Part shown: positions 12,901 to 27,228 of the stretch, piece by piece | Layout: every line of letters begins with the position of its first letter | Numbering within the stretch: the stretch's first letter is position 1 | NCBI GenBank assembly: GCA_024679065.1 | Contig: JAGIQG010000017.1 | Coordinates: 32,116,001 to 32,180,000, forward strand | Source of the DNA: Sphyrna mokarran | Lineage: Eukaryota | Direction: 5' to 3' | DNA: 64,000 nucleotides | Notes under the pieces: generated by a model | Seen by the model: only the letters and a program-made list of their open reading frames with translations | Databases searched by the model: none | What the model was told of the DNA's origin: nothing | Made by a program: the position numbers and the translations under genes

Positions 12901-13859
12901 CCTCATGGAATGATCACAGTGATATTTTGTAATACAAATTGTCCAACTTAAGTAGAGAAAGTTTCAGCCCCTTCTCACAAATTTTTGGGATACTATACAA
13001 ATGAAAATCAAAATGGTTCATGTTTTGAATGCCCTTTGTAATGGATGCATTTATGTGGGAAGCCTGTTTCTTTAGGGAGAAGAATAAAAAATATATTTTG
13101 TTACCTTTTCGGATTTGGTTCCTTGTCATGGCAGGTGATTCCTCTCATTTTGCTTGAAATGGCAAACAGGAAATCGCTTTCCCCCGTATGTATACCTAGA
13201 GCAAAAGGGTTCATTATTATTGACCGATGGGATGTGGGCGTCACTGACTGGGCAGCATTTATTGCCCATCCTTAATTGCCCTTGAACTACATGGCTCGCG
13301 AGGTCATTTCAGAGGATATTTAAGACATCTGGATTCACATGTAGGCCAGACCAGGTATGGATTTCTTCCCTCAAAGGACATTTGTATTACAATGGTATGA
13401 GAAGTCATACTCCAACTGGTGATTGTACAGGTTTAAAAACAAATGTTAATGAGCTAAATATTCCAGTTGCTTAAAAATTAAAGCTCTCTAGAGATTTAGA
13501 TTAAAACACGTGGAAATAGAAAATTGTTTAAAATTAAATACAGATTTTTGAGGGACAATAGTTTTAAACTTTAGGTCAATTCTTGTTTTCAATTAATATT
13601 TAATTCAAATATTTGGTTTGCTCCAGGTATCTCATAATTTTGATCTCCAAAATAATCATGTACTTATATTCTCAAAGGTATAATGATGAGCCATTTTTAA
13701 AAAATAAATTCTAAGTCTTCAAAATTAATATAAAATAAAATATTGGTTTCAAGGACTACTTAAATTTAATTTACAAATTAAAACAATATTGAAATTTATG
13801 TAAAATTTGTCATTTGTTGTAATAGCATTCAAAGATAAATGTTAAAATAATTTCCCAGC

Positions 13860-15082
13860 AAGATTAAACTACATAAATCGTGATTTATTTAATCAATTTT
13901 TACAGTTAGACAGTTTCATATGTATACTGTTCAATATATGCCTGTTGTATTACTTTAGCTTAATATTTGCTTTCAATTGACTCTTAAAACTTTTCAAGGA
14001 AACAAAGTTTTTTCTGTAGTGCAAAGTACTTGTGAACTCTAAGGTATATGTGTAATAAATGCTATTTTAAGTGTTCTGTGAGGTTTCTTCATAACATTTA
14101 GTTTTATAATATAAAGCAATATAGCTCTTAATCCTGTGCAATCATATCATTGTTTATATGTAGTTTCATATAATGTATTTATGTTATGCACAGATCTTTA
14201 AAAACTGTTTTTAGGTATTCTTCTCTTCCTTTCCCCTTGGAAAAACAAAATGCATACATTTATGATCGATATTTCCAATCAACATGATTTTCAAGTACAG
14301 TAGATTAAAATTTTCCTAATGGAGAAAAATATACTCTGCACTCAGAGCTATCAGCTGGAAATGATTAAAGATGTGTCACTGCTTGTGCATTTAGGCATAG
14401 TTCAGATTTTTCACATGGATCATACATAATGCAGATTTGGGAAAGCGTTATATGTATTAAAGTTAAATGTGATTCTATTTTGTAAGCAGATTTGTAGGGT
14501 TATCACTTGGCAAGTAAAAACCTTCTGACAATCAGCACTGACATTTATCACCAATGTGCCTATTTGAAGAATTGTGCTTTTACCTCCCTAATCTGTAATG
14601 TGCTTGAAAATGTTAATTTCATGCTCTTGACTTAAGGTTCTTGAATTAAACATAACATTAATTAAACACAGAGTATAACTTTCTCTGTGTTTTTGTTGTT
14701 TTTTAATGGTTGAATGTATCAGAATATCTTGCTTATTAGCAAAGTGAGATGACAGCTTGACATTAACAGGCCAAATCATAGTATTTGCAGGATTAACACA
14801 AATAATGTTTGAATACATCCGTTTAAATTATTATTTTACTCTCCATCGGTGACCTGTAAAAAAAAAACCGTACGTTATTTCATGCCCCTGCGTCGTCGTG
14901 ATTTATAAGAACGAAAATCTTTTGAAATGGATCATTTGAACTGAATGCTGCCTTGTGCATATAATGACTTGATGGCTGACTTTAAACCCTTGAGTATTGA
15001 GAATTCAGCTTATCTTCTAAACAGTCAAAAAGGGGTCACTTCAAATGAATGGAATTGACATTTGGAATCTTTAATAGTTTAG
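13860..15082 (-). other. Probable INSYN2A 3' UTR
   Basis: Repeat-free AT-rich block directly after the stop codon. Candidate minus-strand AATAAA at 13884-13889 (tttatt on +). The true end cannot be determined from sequence. Confidence 0.4.
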
Positions 15083-15272
15083 TTAAAGAAACCACAGTTT
15101 CCATTTTCCATGCTTTTTAGATTCAGTCTTGTTAGGTTTTTGCTTTTGGTAGGCGGATGAACAGAATTCTTGTGAGTAAGGCAGGGTTGAAATCTGAGTT
15201 TCTTCAGTGGGATGTAGTTTTCTCATAACAGGCTGGAACTTGTCCTCTTGTTGCTTGAAGTCCAATTCAACG
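15083..15272 (-). CDS. INSYN2A: INSYN2A last coding exon
   Basis: Acceptor tctcctag|C GTT GAA TTG GAC gives (S)VELDFKQQEDKFQPVMRKLHPTEETQ...KTESKKHGKWKLWFL*, the characteristic INSYN2A C-terminus. Confidence 0.95.
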
Positions 15273-16280
15273 CTAGGAGATAATAATACATGTAGTTTTA
15301 AATCAGTTAAAGGGTGACTGCACTGTTAATCTTACATTCTAACAATATGTAAATAACATCCATTGTGTGCACTAGGTCAGACTGAATATAAAATGCTCCT
15401 GCACAAAGTTAACATTAAACTTTAACATTAACTTTAAACATTAGTGAAGATTTATAACCAAATTAAATCTAAGTTAGAAATATATTTTCCTTTCAACTTA
15501 AATTATTCCAGGACCATCAGGATTTTTCATAATTTTTCTGTTCATTTCAAATCCATGTGACATGACTGGAGGACTGTATTGTTTCTGTATGTTCATGTAT
15601 GTTGTCAAAAGACATTTTAATCAAATTCTATACCTCAAGATGATATGTTGTCTTATTATCTAAATAATTTAGTAATCCACATGATTTGTTTCCAGAATAT
15701 ATCTTAATGCAACCTGAATTAAAACAGAGTTGAATGCTTATCCAATGATTTATTGTATGCTCAAAGAATTGTAGGGCTGTACTTTAATGAAGCAAAAGGC
15801 TCAATTTAATTGAAATTGACTAAGAATATTTTGTGGGGAATTGGAATAAATAATAAAAAATAAGAGTATATGAGATGAGCAAATAAGTGGAGTTAAGTAG
15901 ATACCTCCAGATGGATTATTGGCACCAGTATAAACTTGATGGGCAGAAAACCTATTCTATGCTGTAGATTTCATTGAGAGGAATACTTTACAATTTCCTC
16001 TCAGATTCTAGTATCTATTGATACACCGATTTGGGGAATTATTTCTCATAATTCTATTTTACTTGATTTTAATTTTTTAGAGGCTCAGAATAGTTCCTGA
16101 GGTATAACAGACACTCTTTTCAACAGCAGAACTTCTGGTAGAAAGAGACAAGCATTATGGATTAAGGCAGTTACATTGAGCAACACCTTTTCCTTTCTCC
16201 AGGAGAATGTATACCAGAACAAAACCACTAGTCCAGCATGCAAATCATTTGGTTTAAAATAATAAAGATTGTAAATATTA

Positions 16281-17312
16281 ATAGAACATAGAACACTACA
16301 GCACAAACAGCTGCTCTGATCATATCACTACCTACCATTGAACTATCTGTAACTCCCAATTCCATTAAATCCCATGTACTCATCCAGAAGTCTCTTAAAA
16401 GACCTCAACGAGTTTGCCTCTACCACCACTGATGGCAGCTGGTTCCATTCACCCATCACCCTCTGGGTGAAAAACTTACCTCTAACATCTCCTCTGTACT
16501 TGCCCCCTAGCACCTTAAACCTGTGTCCTCTCATAGCAAACAGAAATAGCCTCCGAGAATCCATCCTCTCTATTCTTCTCAACATCTTATAAATCTCTAT
16601 CTCAACCTTCATCTCTCCAGGGAGAAGAGACCTAGCTTTCTCAACCTATCTTCATAAGGCATGCCTCCCAATCCAGGCAACATCCTTGTAAATCTCCTCT
16701 GCACCCTCTCAATAGCTTCCACATCCTTCCTATAGTAGTGAGGTGACCAGAACTGCACACAGTACTCCTAGTGGGGTCTGACAAGGGTCTTATAAAGTTG
16801 CAGCATTACCTCCCGACTCCTAAACTCAATTCCTCTATTAGTGAAGGCCAGTACACCATATGCATTCTTGATCACATCCTCCACTTGCGGGGCAGATTTA
16901 AGAGTCCTATCGACCTGGACCCCAAGATCCTTCTGCTCCTCAACACTGCCAAGACTCCTACCCTTTATATTATACTCCATCCCATTCGTCCTGCCAAAAT
17001 GGACCACCACACATTTATCTGCGTTGAAGTCCATCTGCCACTTCTCCGCCCAGTCTTGCATCCTATCTATGTCTTGCTGCAACTTCAGACATACCTCCAG
17101 ACTATCCACAACACCACCAACCTTCATATCGTTGGCGAACTTACTAACCCATCCCTCCACTTCCTCATTCTGGTCATTTGTGAAAATGACAAACAGCAAG
17201 GGTCCGAGAACAGATCCCTGGGGCACTCCACTGGTGACTGACCTCCAAGCAGAAAAAGACCCATTGACAACTACTCTCTGCTTTCTGCAGGCAAGCCAGT
17301 TCTGGACCCAGT
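16281..17312 (-). mobile_element. 5'-truncated CR1 LINE, same subfamily as 10561-11774
   Basis: PQGSVLGPLLFVIF...LQQDIDRMQDWAEKWQMDFNADKC and RGHRFKV...FFTQRV. Tail catagaacatagaac on the + strand. Confidence 0.95.
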
Positions 17313-17437
17313 TGTTAACTAGTAACCCTTCTGGTATAAAGCATCAGTTCAAGTATCCCAGTGAGATTTATTATGCTTCCATCTATGCTAATGCTTGATC
17401 TCAAATTGTACTGAATAGAATACCTATATATCATGAG

Positions 17438-17651
17438 GATCTGATTGTATACATTAATTCATATTAACTGTAGCTGTAAATAAATAGAGGAAAATATTCA
17501 ACAGCACATATATGATATTTGAATTGGAATTTTATACCCATTTTCTAAAGGCACTGAAAACTGCTCAAGTTGCAGTCTTGTTTTATTTAACTGGAAATCC
17601 TCTATTTATTTACAGCTACAGTTAATATGAATTAATGTATACAATCAGATC
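17438..17651. repeat. Perfect 54-bp inverted repeat with a 106-bp spacer
   Basis: gatctgattgtatacattaattcatattaactgtagctgtaaataaatagagga (17438-17491) and its exact reverse complement (17598-17651). Confidence 0.95.
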
Positions 17652-20600
17652 TGATTGCAGTTAATGTGGCCTAACTAATGATAAAGAGAATTATATTCAT
17701 TTTAAGGAGATGCCACGTGCCCCATTATGGTAGAATTTGTAATTCTGGACATTTGTTTACAACTGAAGATGTTAAACAATCCTGTAATTTTCCTTTTAAA
17801 ATCTTGTAATGTTTAAAATAAAAAATAGTTATTTGTTGGAAGTGGGATGTTGCAATTGACCTGTTTTTTCAGTCTAGGGACAGATGCAAATCATGCCAAT
17901 TTCCTGTTCCATGATAGATTATTTGAAAGATGTGTGTATTTATGTAATGACACCAGAATTAACTGGGACTGCAGAAAATGGGTTCGCTCCCATCTGTAGT
18001 ACTGCATTTGATTTTGGGCAGCACAGTTCATGAAGAATATTTTGGCCTTGGAGAGAGTACAACATAAATCCACAATAATATCTGGATTAAAAGGGTAAAA
18101 TGAAGAGGACAGGTTGCATAAATTTGGTTTGTGTTTCTATGAGTTTCAAAGACTGAGAGATCTAATTGACAAGTTTAAACTGATAAAAGGATGTATGTCA
18201 GATGCACAAGGATGAGATGTCCTCGTGGGAGGCATCCACAATGAGAGGGAATTGTCTTAAAATTATACCATACAGATCTTGCCAAATAAAATTGATATTC
18301 CATGTATTTTCCTCTTCAAGAAAAATAATTAAAATATCTAAAGCTATTTTTGATACAGAGGTAAACCATGATGTACAAATTATACAAACTACTTATTTAC
18401 ATAATATTGGCCTAGATCTTCAGTAGTGATGATTGGATTTCTGTAGCTCAAAAAATCCCCTGCCTTGATGCTGCTATGCAGTTCTTCTGGGGTTTTTTGA
18501 GTCTAGCTTTCACAGACCATGCCATGCAGTGTCCCATCGGGAAACTCCTTTGGAGTGGAATAGAGTTGGGTGGAGACAGGACACAACTTTTATACAGCAC
18601 TCTTTGCCATATGGTAAATTTAAAGTTCTAATTTGAATGTTAGTGAATGTCTGGTTAAATGGGTGTTTGGGTGCGTGAATTGTTTGATGGTGAAGTGGGT
18701 AGGGGGTAGATGGGCAAATGGCTGGGAGTTGTGGGGTGGTTAGGAGGATAGATTGGAGGGTGGGAGGTGTCAGATTGGAGGGAGTGCTCAGATCATAGGG
18801 GTGGTTAGGTTGAGAACGTAGATATATGATTGGGAAGGTAGTTGGAGGGTAAGTAGTTGGGTCTGGAAGGGAGGGTTGTCAGAGATAATTGGGAGGAGTA
18901 GCCAGGTATGATTGGTTTTGAAGTTACCCAGTTGTAGACTAAATTTTAATCACTCTAATATTTCCTGGATAACTATCCAGCTAAGTACCATAGAACTGCC
19001 CAAAGTCTCTGACTCTAACTCAGAGTAGAAGACATTTGCACAGGGTCTTGAGGAGCAAAGATATTCCCTGGAAGTTGAAATTTCCCAGGCAATTCTCATG
19101 TAGGTCCATGTGCCAAGTCATCCACTGGATCTTAGACTTGCACCTTTGTTCATATGTCCAATCACTTATGATTGGAAGATTTGACCTATTGTATTTAGAG
19201 AATTGAACTGTAAAAATTGAGAAGTTGATAACATGCTTGCTCTATCCACAAATAATTTTGATATGCTCCCATCTTGTGAATTTAATGTTTGTGATTTTAA
19301 AGCTATCCTAAGGACTTAAACAATTTATTGTTCGAACCACTGTTTTTCAGTTGAGATGTGAAGCTAAGGCTCCGTCTTGCCTATTCAGGTTGACAGGAAA
19401 AATTTTATCAGATCAAAACAGATAAGGCACTTCTGAAATGCTGGCCAAGATTCCTCCCTTTCACATCAACAAAAACAAATTCTCTGTTTATTTTTCTTTT
19501 GTGGAGCCTTATTGTGTAGTCTGCATTTTTTTTGCATTAATTGACCGAAGGTATGAGACAGGGTTCACTGGGTTGACAAAACACAGATTAAAAAAGATGC
19601 TCAAAGATTAAAAAAATGCACCAAAGAAGTGTAAAATAATTAAAATTTCCTGATGTGCATGCCACAATTAATTTTTCATTATAAACATTCCTCCTTTAAA
19701 AAACATTCTATATCATTGTTTTGCCCCTGTGGAACATTGATTTGGTTAAGTATTAAATCATGACACACATGCACGATTCATACACTACTATTATAAATGT
19801 TCTCTGTGGTTCATGTGCAAGGTCATTGGATTTCAATTTTCATACAAGCACATTGAATTAAGGATTCTAATTCTAAAACATGAATACAAATATTAATGTC
19901 TGTTTTTTTTTACAGTAGCCTTGAAGCAGTGTAAAAAGCTTTTCTTCAGGTAGTTGTTCAGTATTTTTGAAACTGTTAAGTCAACTTTTTAAGTTGGCAG
20001 ACAAGTTGCCAGCATCAAACTCTAACATAAGAAAAGCTCTGAATGTATTTGCATTGTGGTGCAAATTTTATTTTGACTTAGGTAGACAACTTAAATTTAA
20101 AAGAACCAATGAGATAGTCAGAGGCTTCCTTAATTTGTTAAAATGAAAATGATCTCATAGCCATGCTGCAACAACTTGCATTTCAGTGGAGGAATCTAAT
20201 GTGACTGTAATAAATCAAAGCTGCTAAGTGGGATATAAATAACAAGCATTTGGCACTCCACCATTTTCTTCAGAATTATAATAAGCTATACATTAACATA
20301 ATGAAAAACTTGACTTGTTTAAAAAAAAAATCAGTAAACCTTTTACTTTGGGGGAAAATAGTGTGTCTCTTCTGGCTTCTGAAAGATTTGTGACTCCTAC
20401 TTGAATGAAGTTAGCATTTTAAGGAAATCATGAATTCTGTTGTATTTATTTCATGCAGGCCGTTGGGTGATCTCAACCTTGACCTTCTTGAAGTCTGCCC
20501 AAAATTGAACACATTGATCCAGTTGTATTGATTTAGCATGACTTTCTTGCTTTTGTACTCTGTACTGCTATTTATAAAGCCTAGGATCTGCTTTGCTTTA

Positions 20601-21539
20601 TTAATTGCTTCTTTGATCTGTTGTTTCACCTTCTAATATTTGTGCATAATCATGTTCAGGTCTCTCTGCTTTTGCACCCCATTTATAGTTATACCATTTA
20701 ACTTTTTTGAATTTGATTTGCCAATTGGCAGTCCATTTGGACAGGCTCTCTGTGTCCTTTTGAGATCCATTGATACATTTCGTATTGATTCCTTACTGTA
20801 TCAATTATAAATTTCAAAATTGTGCTCAATATTTCCAAGTCCCAGGTGGAATTTTCCTGTCTCACCTGCCACAGGAATTGCAGTGGATGGGACGTGGACT
20901 ATGCAAAGGTCCATTGACCTCAGGTGGGGCTTTTGGGCAAACATTGCCAGAAAATCCTTCCCCAATCCTTAATCTATATCAAAACAGCAATAGTCTTAGT
21001 GCTAATCCCTGGGGAATATCACATACCTGCTCCAGTCTTAAAAAAAACAGCTATTCACTACAACTTTCTGTTTTTAATTGTTTAGACAATTTTGTATCTA
21101 TTTTATTTCCCTGTTCCTATTTTTCCTTTCATTCCATGGACTTCAGTTTTGTTAGCAAGGATAATATGGACTGCTTTATCAAATGCTTTTTGGAAGTTTA
21201 TATATCACTATCAACTGCTTTGCCCTATTGTCTGTAATCTCATCAAAAAATGGAAATCAAGCTTTTCAAACATGATTTTCCCTTAACAAATCCGTGCTGA
21301 CTCTCATTTATTATTCCTCACCCGATTTATTCTAAATAGTCCCCCCACTGCTCTCTCAATGTTTTAATTGTGACTTCTGAGAGATAGCTCTGCTTGTTAT
21401 TCAGATAGATGTCTTTCTCTTTGACTGAAATTTCAATTGCCTGTTTATCTGGAACTCAAAATGCAGCTACTGATCTCAGGCGGACAGTGGAAACAACAGA
21501 TTACATTGCTTCATCTATGACCTAATCTTCTTCAAAAGG

Positions 21540-22885
21540 TCAGAAGTGGGAAAATTCACTGATGATCGCATAGTGTTTAGTACCTATTATGACTCATCTG
21601 ATACTGTTTGTGTCTTTAGGCAGCAAGACCTAGCAACATTCTGCCTGGGATTGCTAAATGGCAAGTAATATTTATGCCATACAAGTGGAAGGTAGTGACC
21701 ATTTCCAATCAGAGAGAATCTAACCATCATTCACTGGCATAACCATCACTAAATCCCTCACCATCACATCTGGGGAAACAGGTTCAACTATATAAATGCA
21801 TTGGATTTTTTAAATTCATTTGTGGGATGTGGGCATTGCTGTCTGGGCCAGCATTTATTTCCCCCCTCCTAATAGCCTTCTGTTTCTGGGGCACTTAAGA
21901 GTCAACTACATTGTGGTTGATTTGGATTGCATGTAGGCCAGATCAGGTAAGATGGCAGATTTCCTTCGCTACAGTACATTAGTGAACCAGATGTTTTTTT
22001 TTACAACAACTAACAATGATTTCATGGTCATTATTTGATTGGTGCAATTTCAGATTTTAATTGAATTCATAATTTACCATTTGCTGTGTGATTTGAACAA
22101 AGGTCCCCATATCTTGCTGTGAGTCTTTGGAACGGTCTGTGTGGGGTTTGCACATTCTCTTCATGTCTGTGTGGGTTTCCACAGGGTGTTCTGGCTTCCT
22201 TCCACAGTCTGAAGCTGTGTGGGTTAGGTTGATTGACCGTCCTAAAATTATCCCTTAGCATCGTGAGATGCATGGGTTAGAGGGATTAGGGATGTGGGGG
22301 TGGGACTTGGGTGGGATTGTGGTTGGTGCAGACTCAATGGGCCCAATGCCCTCTTTCTGCACTGTAGAATTTCTGTGATTTTGTGATTACTAGTCCAGTG
22401 ACAATACCACTACACAGCTACATGTGTAACTCAGAGATTGGGAATTCATTCGTCTGGTCATTCTCTGACTCCCTAATGTGTCCACCAGCTATATGGTCTG
22501 AGTATAAGGGATTTTGGCCCCTTGGCAATAGCATTCAAGATTCTTGCAACATCCAGGACGAAGCAATCTGCTTGGTCAGTACCTGGCAGAGCAATTCAGT
22601 CAGTCTCGTTCTCCCAATCTATATGCAAGTTTATTCTTTCAAGTGACCAACCAATTTCCTTTAAAATCATTGATTAGTTTCTGCTTTCACGTTAAGCATT
22701 CACTCCCTCTGCCACTGGCACGTAGCGGTAGCAGTGTGTAAAAATATACCAGTGTGTAAAAACCTACACCAGATGTATGGTTCTAGAAGGTCGCTCATTA
22801 CCACCTTTTTAAGAGCAATTAGGGATGGGCAAGAAGTGCTGGTCTTGCCAGTGATTTACGCATGCCATGAAAGCAAAAAAAAAAT
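21540..22885 (+). mobile_element. Second CR1/L2-type LINE relic with nested antisense SINE and HE1 fragment
   Basis: FTDD.. / QQDL / KWQVIFMPYK at 21555-21690. Tail gcaattagggatgggca...aaaaaa at about 22815-22883. The same tail word recurs at about 1435-1530, 13225-13390, 45000-45300, 49610-49690 and 63890-64000. Confidence 0.55.
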
Positions 22886-22899
22886 TGACAGACCACTGA

Positions 22900-23710
22900 T
22901 AATTTTGCAGAATGGACAAACAAGTGGCAAATGAAATTCAACATGGATAAATGTGAACTTACACAATTTGATTGGAAGAATAGAGATGTCATGCATCGGA
23001 AGTTTAAAGTACAGGTGAGGTAGAGAAACAAAGAGTTCTCAGAGGACAAATACACCAGTCACTAAATGTTACATCACAGGTTAGCAAAGTTATGTATTTT
23101 TTAACAAAACAAACCATAGGCTTCAATTCGAAAAGGATAGAATTGTGATATAGAGTTTATGGTAAGCTTGTACTGAACCTTTGTTAGACTAACTTTTGAG
23201 TACTAATTGGCAGTTCAGGTTGCCATATTGCTAATAGGATAGAGAACACTGGAGAGGATGCAGAAAAGATTTACAAGGATGATACCAGAAATATTTAAAT
23301 GTACATAACAGGAAAGAATTGACAGGCTGAGTTTTTCTCTTTGCAAAAGAAAGTTGAGGGATTGCCTGTTGTCTTAAACTTGTGAATGGTTTTGATAGAG
23401 AGAGTATAATGAGAATGTTTCCTCTCAATGGGGAAAAACATAATTAGAGACTATCGAATAAGATAGTCAACAACAAATCCAGTAATAATTGATTCAGGAC
23501 AAATTTCTTTACAGAAAGACTGATGATGTGGAACTCACTGTCACAAGATATGGTTGGTGCAAATAATGTAGATGCAATTAAGGAAAAGCCAGACAAACAT
23601 ATGAGGGAGAAGGGAATGGCGATATAGATTTTGATTTGGTAAGTTGGGAGGAGGCTCGAGTAGAGCATACACAGCAGCATGATTGGTCTGTTTCTATTGT
23701 GTACATACTA
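22900..23710 (+). mobile_element. Old CR1 LINE 3' fragment
   Basis: W.DKWQMKFNMDKC-like start, LERMQKRFTRMIP, and FFT-R---WNSL-like words. Confidence 0.75.
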
Positions 23711-25684
23711 TCAGAAGACCGCATTGTGGTGGTATTTTGTTGATAATGGAAGAGCATTAATGTAAGTAACAAATTATAAACATGAGAAATATTATATGTT
23801 GCACAAGAATTATTTGAAGGCGTGTTTTAAATCCTTATCCCTGGCATATGTATGGAGATTATAGTGTTCAAGTTATTTCCCTGTGCTGTTGTATAAATTG
23901 ATCCTGTGTAAATGGAGGAATTGTTGAATTACTGTAACTTGCATTTCAATGCTTTTGTGACCAGAGCAGAAAATGAGTTTAAAAAAAAAGACAGGACAAG
24001 TATTTCAACAGCACTGAGATAAACTATTACAATTTACCTAGTTTAATTTCCAATGCATTGTGCAATATTATGGCAATTTTATTAAATGCACCGAACTGAA
24101 CAGAGTTAATATCAGGCTTAGAAGTATTTTCCTTTAATACATATTATGTGTATGTATTACATTGATTTAAATGTATGTGAAAAGATTTCTTATTGTTCAT
24201 CAATGTCAAGGGAAGCATTGCTGGATCAATGAGAATGATGATAAACAGATATTGGATAGTTCTTTTCCAGAAGATCAACTTGTTCGCATATGATTGCTGA
24301 CATTAAGCATACTGAGTAAATGTATATGAAAAATATTACTCATGTAGCAAAATGATGTGTGGAAAAACTTGTTCCTTTGTAAGAAAGACTTTCAATCTGA
24401 TGCCCATGAAATGATCCTGGGATACTTTAAGAGAATCTGAATTTTAACTTCACTGTATTTCTTGGCTTTTTAGCGCATTATTTTTGTTGCTATATGTAAA
24501 TAATACATTTTCTCTAATCAAAGTCCTGTTTCCTTTTGATAGCTGACCTTTTCTCTAAGAAGTTAGGTCAAGGTGGGGATGACAGAAAGGAAGGGAATCC
24601 ATAATGTTAATAGTATGTTAATTGTATTGTTTATATTGTCAAGAAAAACAGGTGAAGGGCATTGCTTAAGTAAGTGCTTTGATCATATAAATAGGAGACA
24701 GCTGAGATATTGGGGGTTGAAGGAAGGGTATGAGATTGGACAAAGTCAATAAATCGACTCGGTGAAGAAAAGCTGTGTGTTTTGATTTTGACTTCACCAA
24801 CTGACTTGAATTCTGTTAACATTGGTATCAAAGAATAGTTGGCTAAAGTTGAAGATTGGAAATTAAGACTTAATTTCAGACAGAAAATTTTAATTGGAGT
24901 TACTTTTGGAAAAGAACAGCTGAAACCAAGAATAAAGTATCAGAGCGTGATTTTCCATAATTGTTCTGTGAAGCAGAACCTTATGCCCAATGGAAGAATT
25001 AAGTGGATATGTGGACATGGGTTACATCCTCACCAAAGAAAAAGCTAGCTTTGGACTTAGCACTTTTACTTCCCAACAGAAGCAGGATCACTGCAAAATA
25101 TTTTTGGAGCTAGAGGCTTGTCAGTAGGATATGGAGGGAGGTTTGGATAAACCCTCAAAATTTAGGGATAAAATTGAAAAGAAAGATGATCTATTAAATG
25201 CACACAGGGAAAGATGAGACTTTGATAAATTTGGAAGGATGGATGGTTATTCCATAGAAGACTATGTCATAAAATTTAACAAGTTATTTGCAAGATTGCA
25301 GAAATTCTTTTTTGAGATTCCTAGTTCAGTGCTTGTTTTCAAATTGTTGGATTGTGCTAAAGTATCGAACATGGATAAGCGCCTAGTTTTGTCTGGAATT
25401 CGATTCTCAGAAGGAGATATGCATTTGGAATATCTGAAGGTTAAAAAAAAAATCTGGGGATACACTTGTGTCCAGCACTTTCATGGCACCAATGAGTTAT
25501 TCAGCAGTAACACAAAAAAATGAAGGATTTAATGGGAACACAGCATTAGTATGAATGAAGAACTATAAAAAAAAGAAACGAGAACAGAATCTTTTGGTAA
25601 CTGTACATGTCAGGAATTGGGTAATTGTGAGAATGAACCCTAGGTGTAACCAAGGAGCAATAAATAGGTGGCTAATCTTCTAAC

Positions 25685-27225
25685 TCAACAGTCTGATCCC
25701 ACGTTCTCTTCCACCCACTCTCCCCCCGCCAATCCTTTGATCTCCTTTGTCTTAAGTGCTAATTGCTTCTTGAAAACATTCAATCTTTTGCCCTTAATTG
25801 CTTTCTGTTGTAGTGAATTACATGGACTGACCACTCTCTGGGTGAAGAAATTTCTCCTCATCTCTGTTCTAAACTGTCTAACCTGTATCTTCAAACTGTG
25901 ACCTCTAGTTCTGAACACCCCTCCTACTGGGAAAAGTTTTCTTGCATCTACCGAGTCTCGTCCCACTAAAATGTTTTAGGTTTCTATGAGATCCCCCACC
26001 CTACCCCAATGTTCTGAATACCAGTGAATACAATCCTAATTGACACAATCTGTCCTCGTACATCCTTCCTCAGATAAGGAGATCAGAACTGCACACAATA
26101 TTCCAGGTGTGGGCCTCATTAAGGCCCTGTATAATTCATCAAAACACCCTTGCTGCTGTCATCAAATCCTCCCACTATGAAGGCAAACATAGCATTTGCT
26201 TTTTTTTTAACTGCCTGAACAAGACCGAGGTCTTGTCTAATTTCTGGCCATTCAGATAGTAATCTCCCTTCCCGTTTTTGCCACCAAAGTGGATGATAAT
26301 CTCTCAGTTATTCAAATTATACGGCATCTACCAATCATTTGCCCACTTATTCAATTTATCCAAATGACACTGATGATGGATTTCTAAATCCTCCTCGCAG
26401 CTTACTCTCCCACCCAGTTTTGTGACATCTGCAGATTTGAAGATATCACATTTATTTCCCTAAATGATCAATATATTTAGTGAATAAGCTGAAGTCCCAG
26501 TACTGATTCCTGTGGTACTTCACTAGTCACTGCCTGCCATTTGGAAAGTGACCTGTTTATTCCTACGCTGTTTCCTGTTTACCAACCAGTTTTCTATCTA
26601 ATATGTTATTCCTGATCCTATGTGTTTTTACTTTCCATGTTAATCTCTTATGTGCAACTTTTTTGAAAGCCCAAATAAACCACATCCATTAGCTTCTCCT
26701 CATCAATTTGCAGAATTCCACTAGATTTGTCAAGCATGATTTTTTCTTTCATTAATCTACGCTGACTCTGTCCAAACCTGCTACTGTTTTCCAATTTACT
26801 ATAAAATCTTTGATAATGGACGGTAGAATTTTCCTACTACATTAGATTTAATGGTTTATAATTCCCTGTTGTCTCTCTACTTCTCTTTTAAAATAGTAGG
26901 TTTACATTAGTGACCCTTCAATCTGTAGAAATTATTCTGTAAAATATTGGAAGATGACCACCAATTCATCCAATATTTCTCACAGGCCACATTTTAAGCA
27001 CTCTGGGATGTAGATTATCAGGCCTTGGGGACTTATTTGCTTTCAATCTCATCAGTTTCCCTAACACCATTTCTCTACTGATTACTGATACTATTACTGA
27101 TCTTCAGTTCCTCTCTCTCATTAAGTGTTATATTCCCCAACATTTCTGGTATCTCATTTGTGTCCTCCTTTATGAAACCAGAACCAAAGTATGTTTTCAG
27201 TTGACAACCATTTCTTTGCTTCCCA
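25685..27225 (-). mobile_element. CR1 LINE fragment
   Basis: RTRGHSLKI...RRNFFTQRVVSPCNSL with degraded RT sequence upstream on the minus strand. Confidence 0.85.
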
Positions 27226-27228
27226 TTC

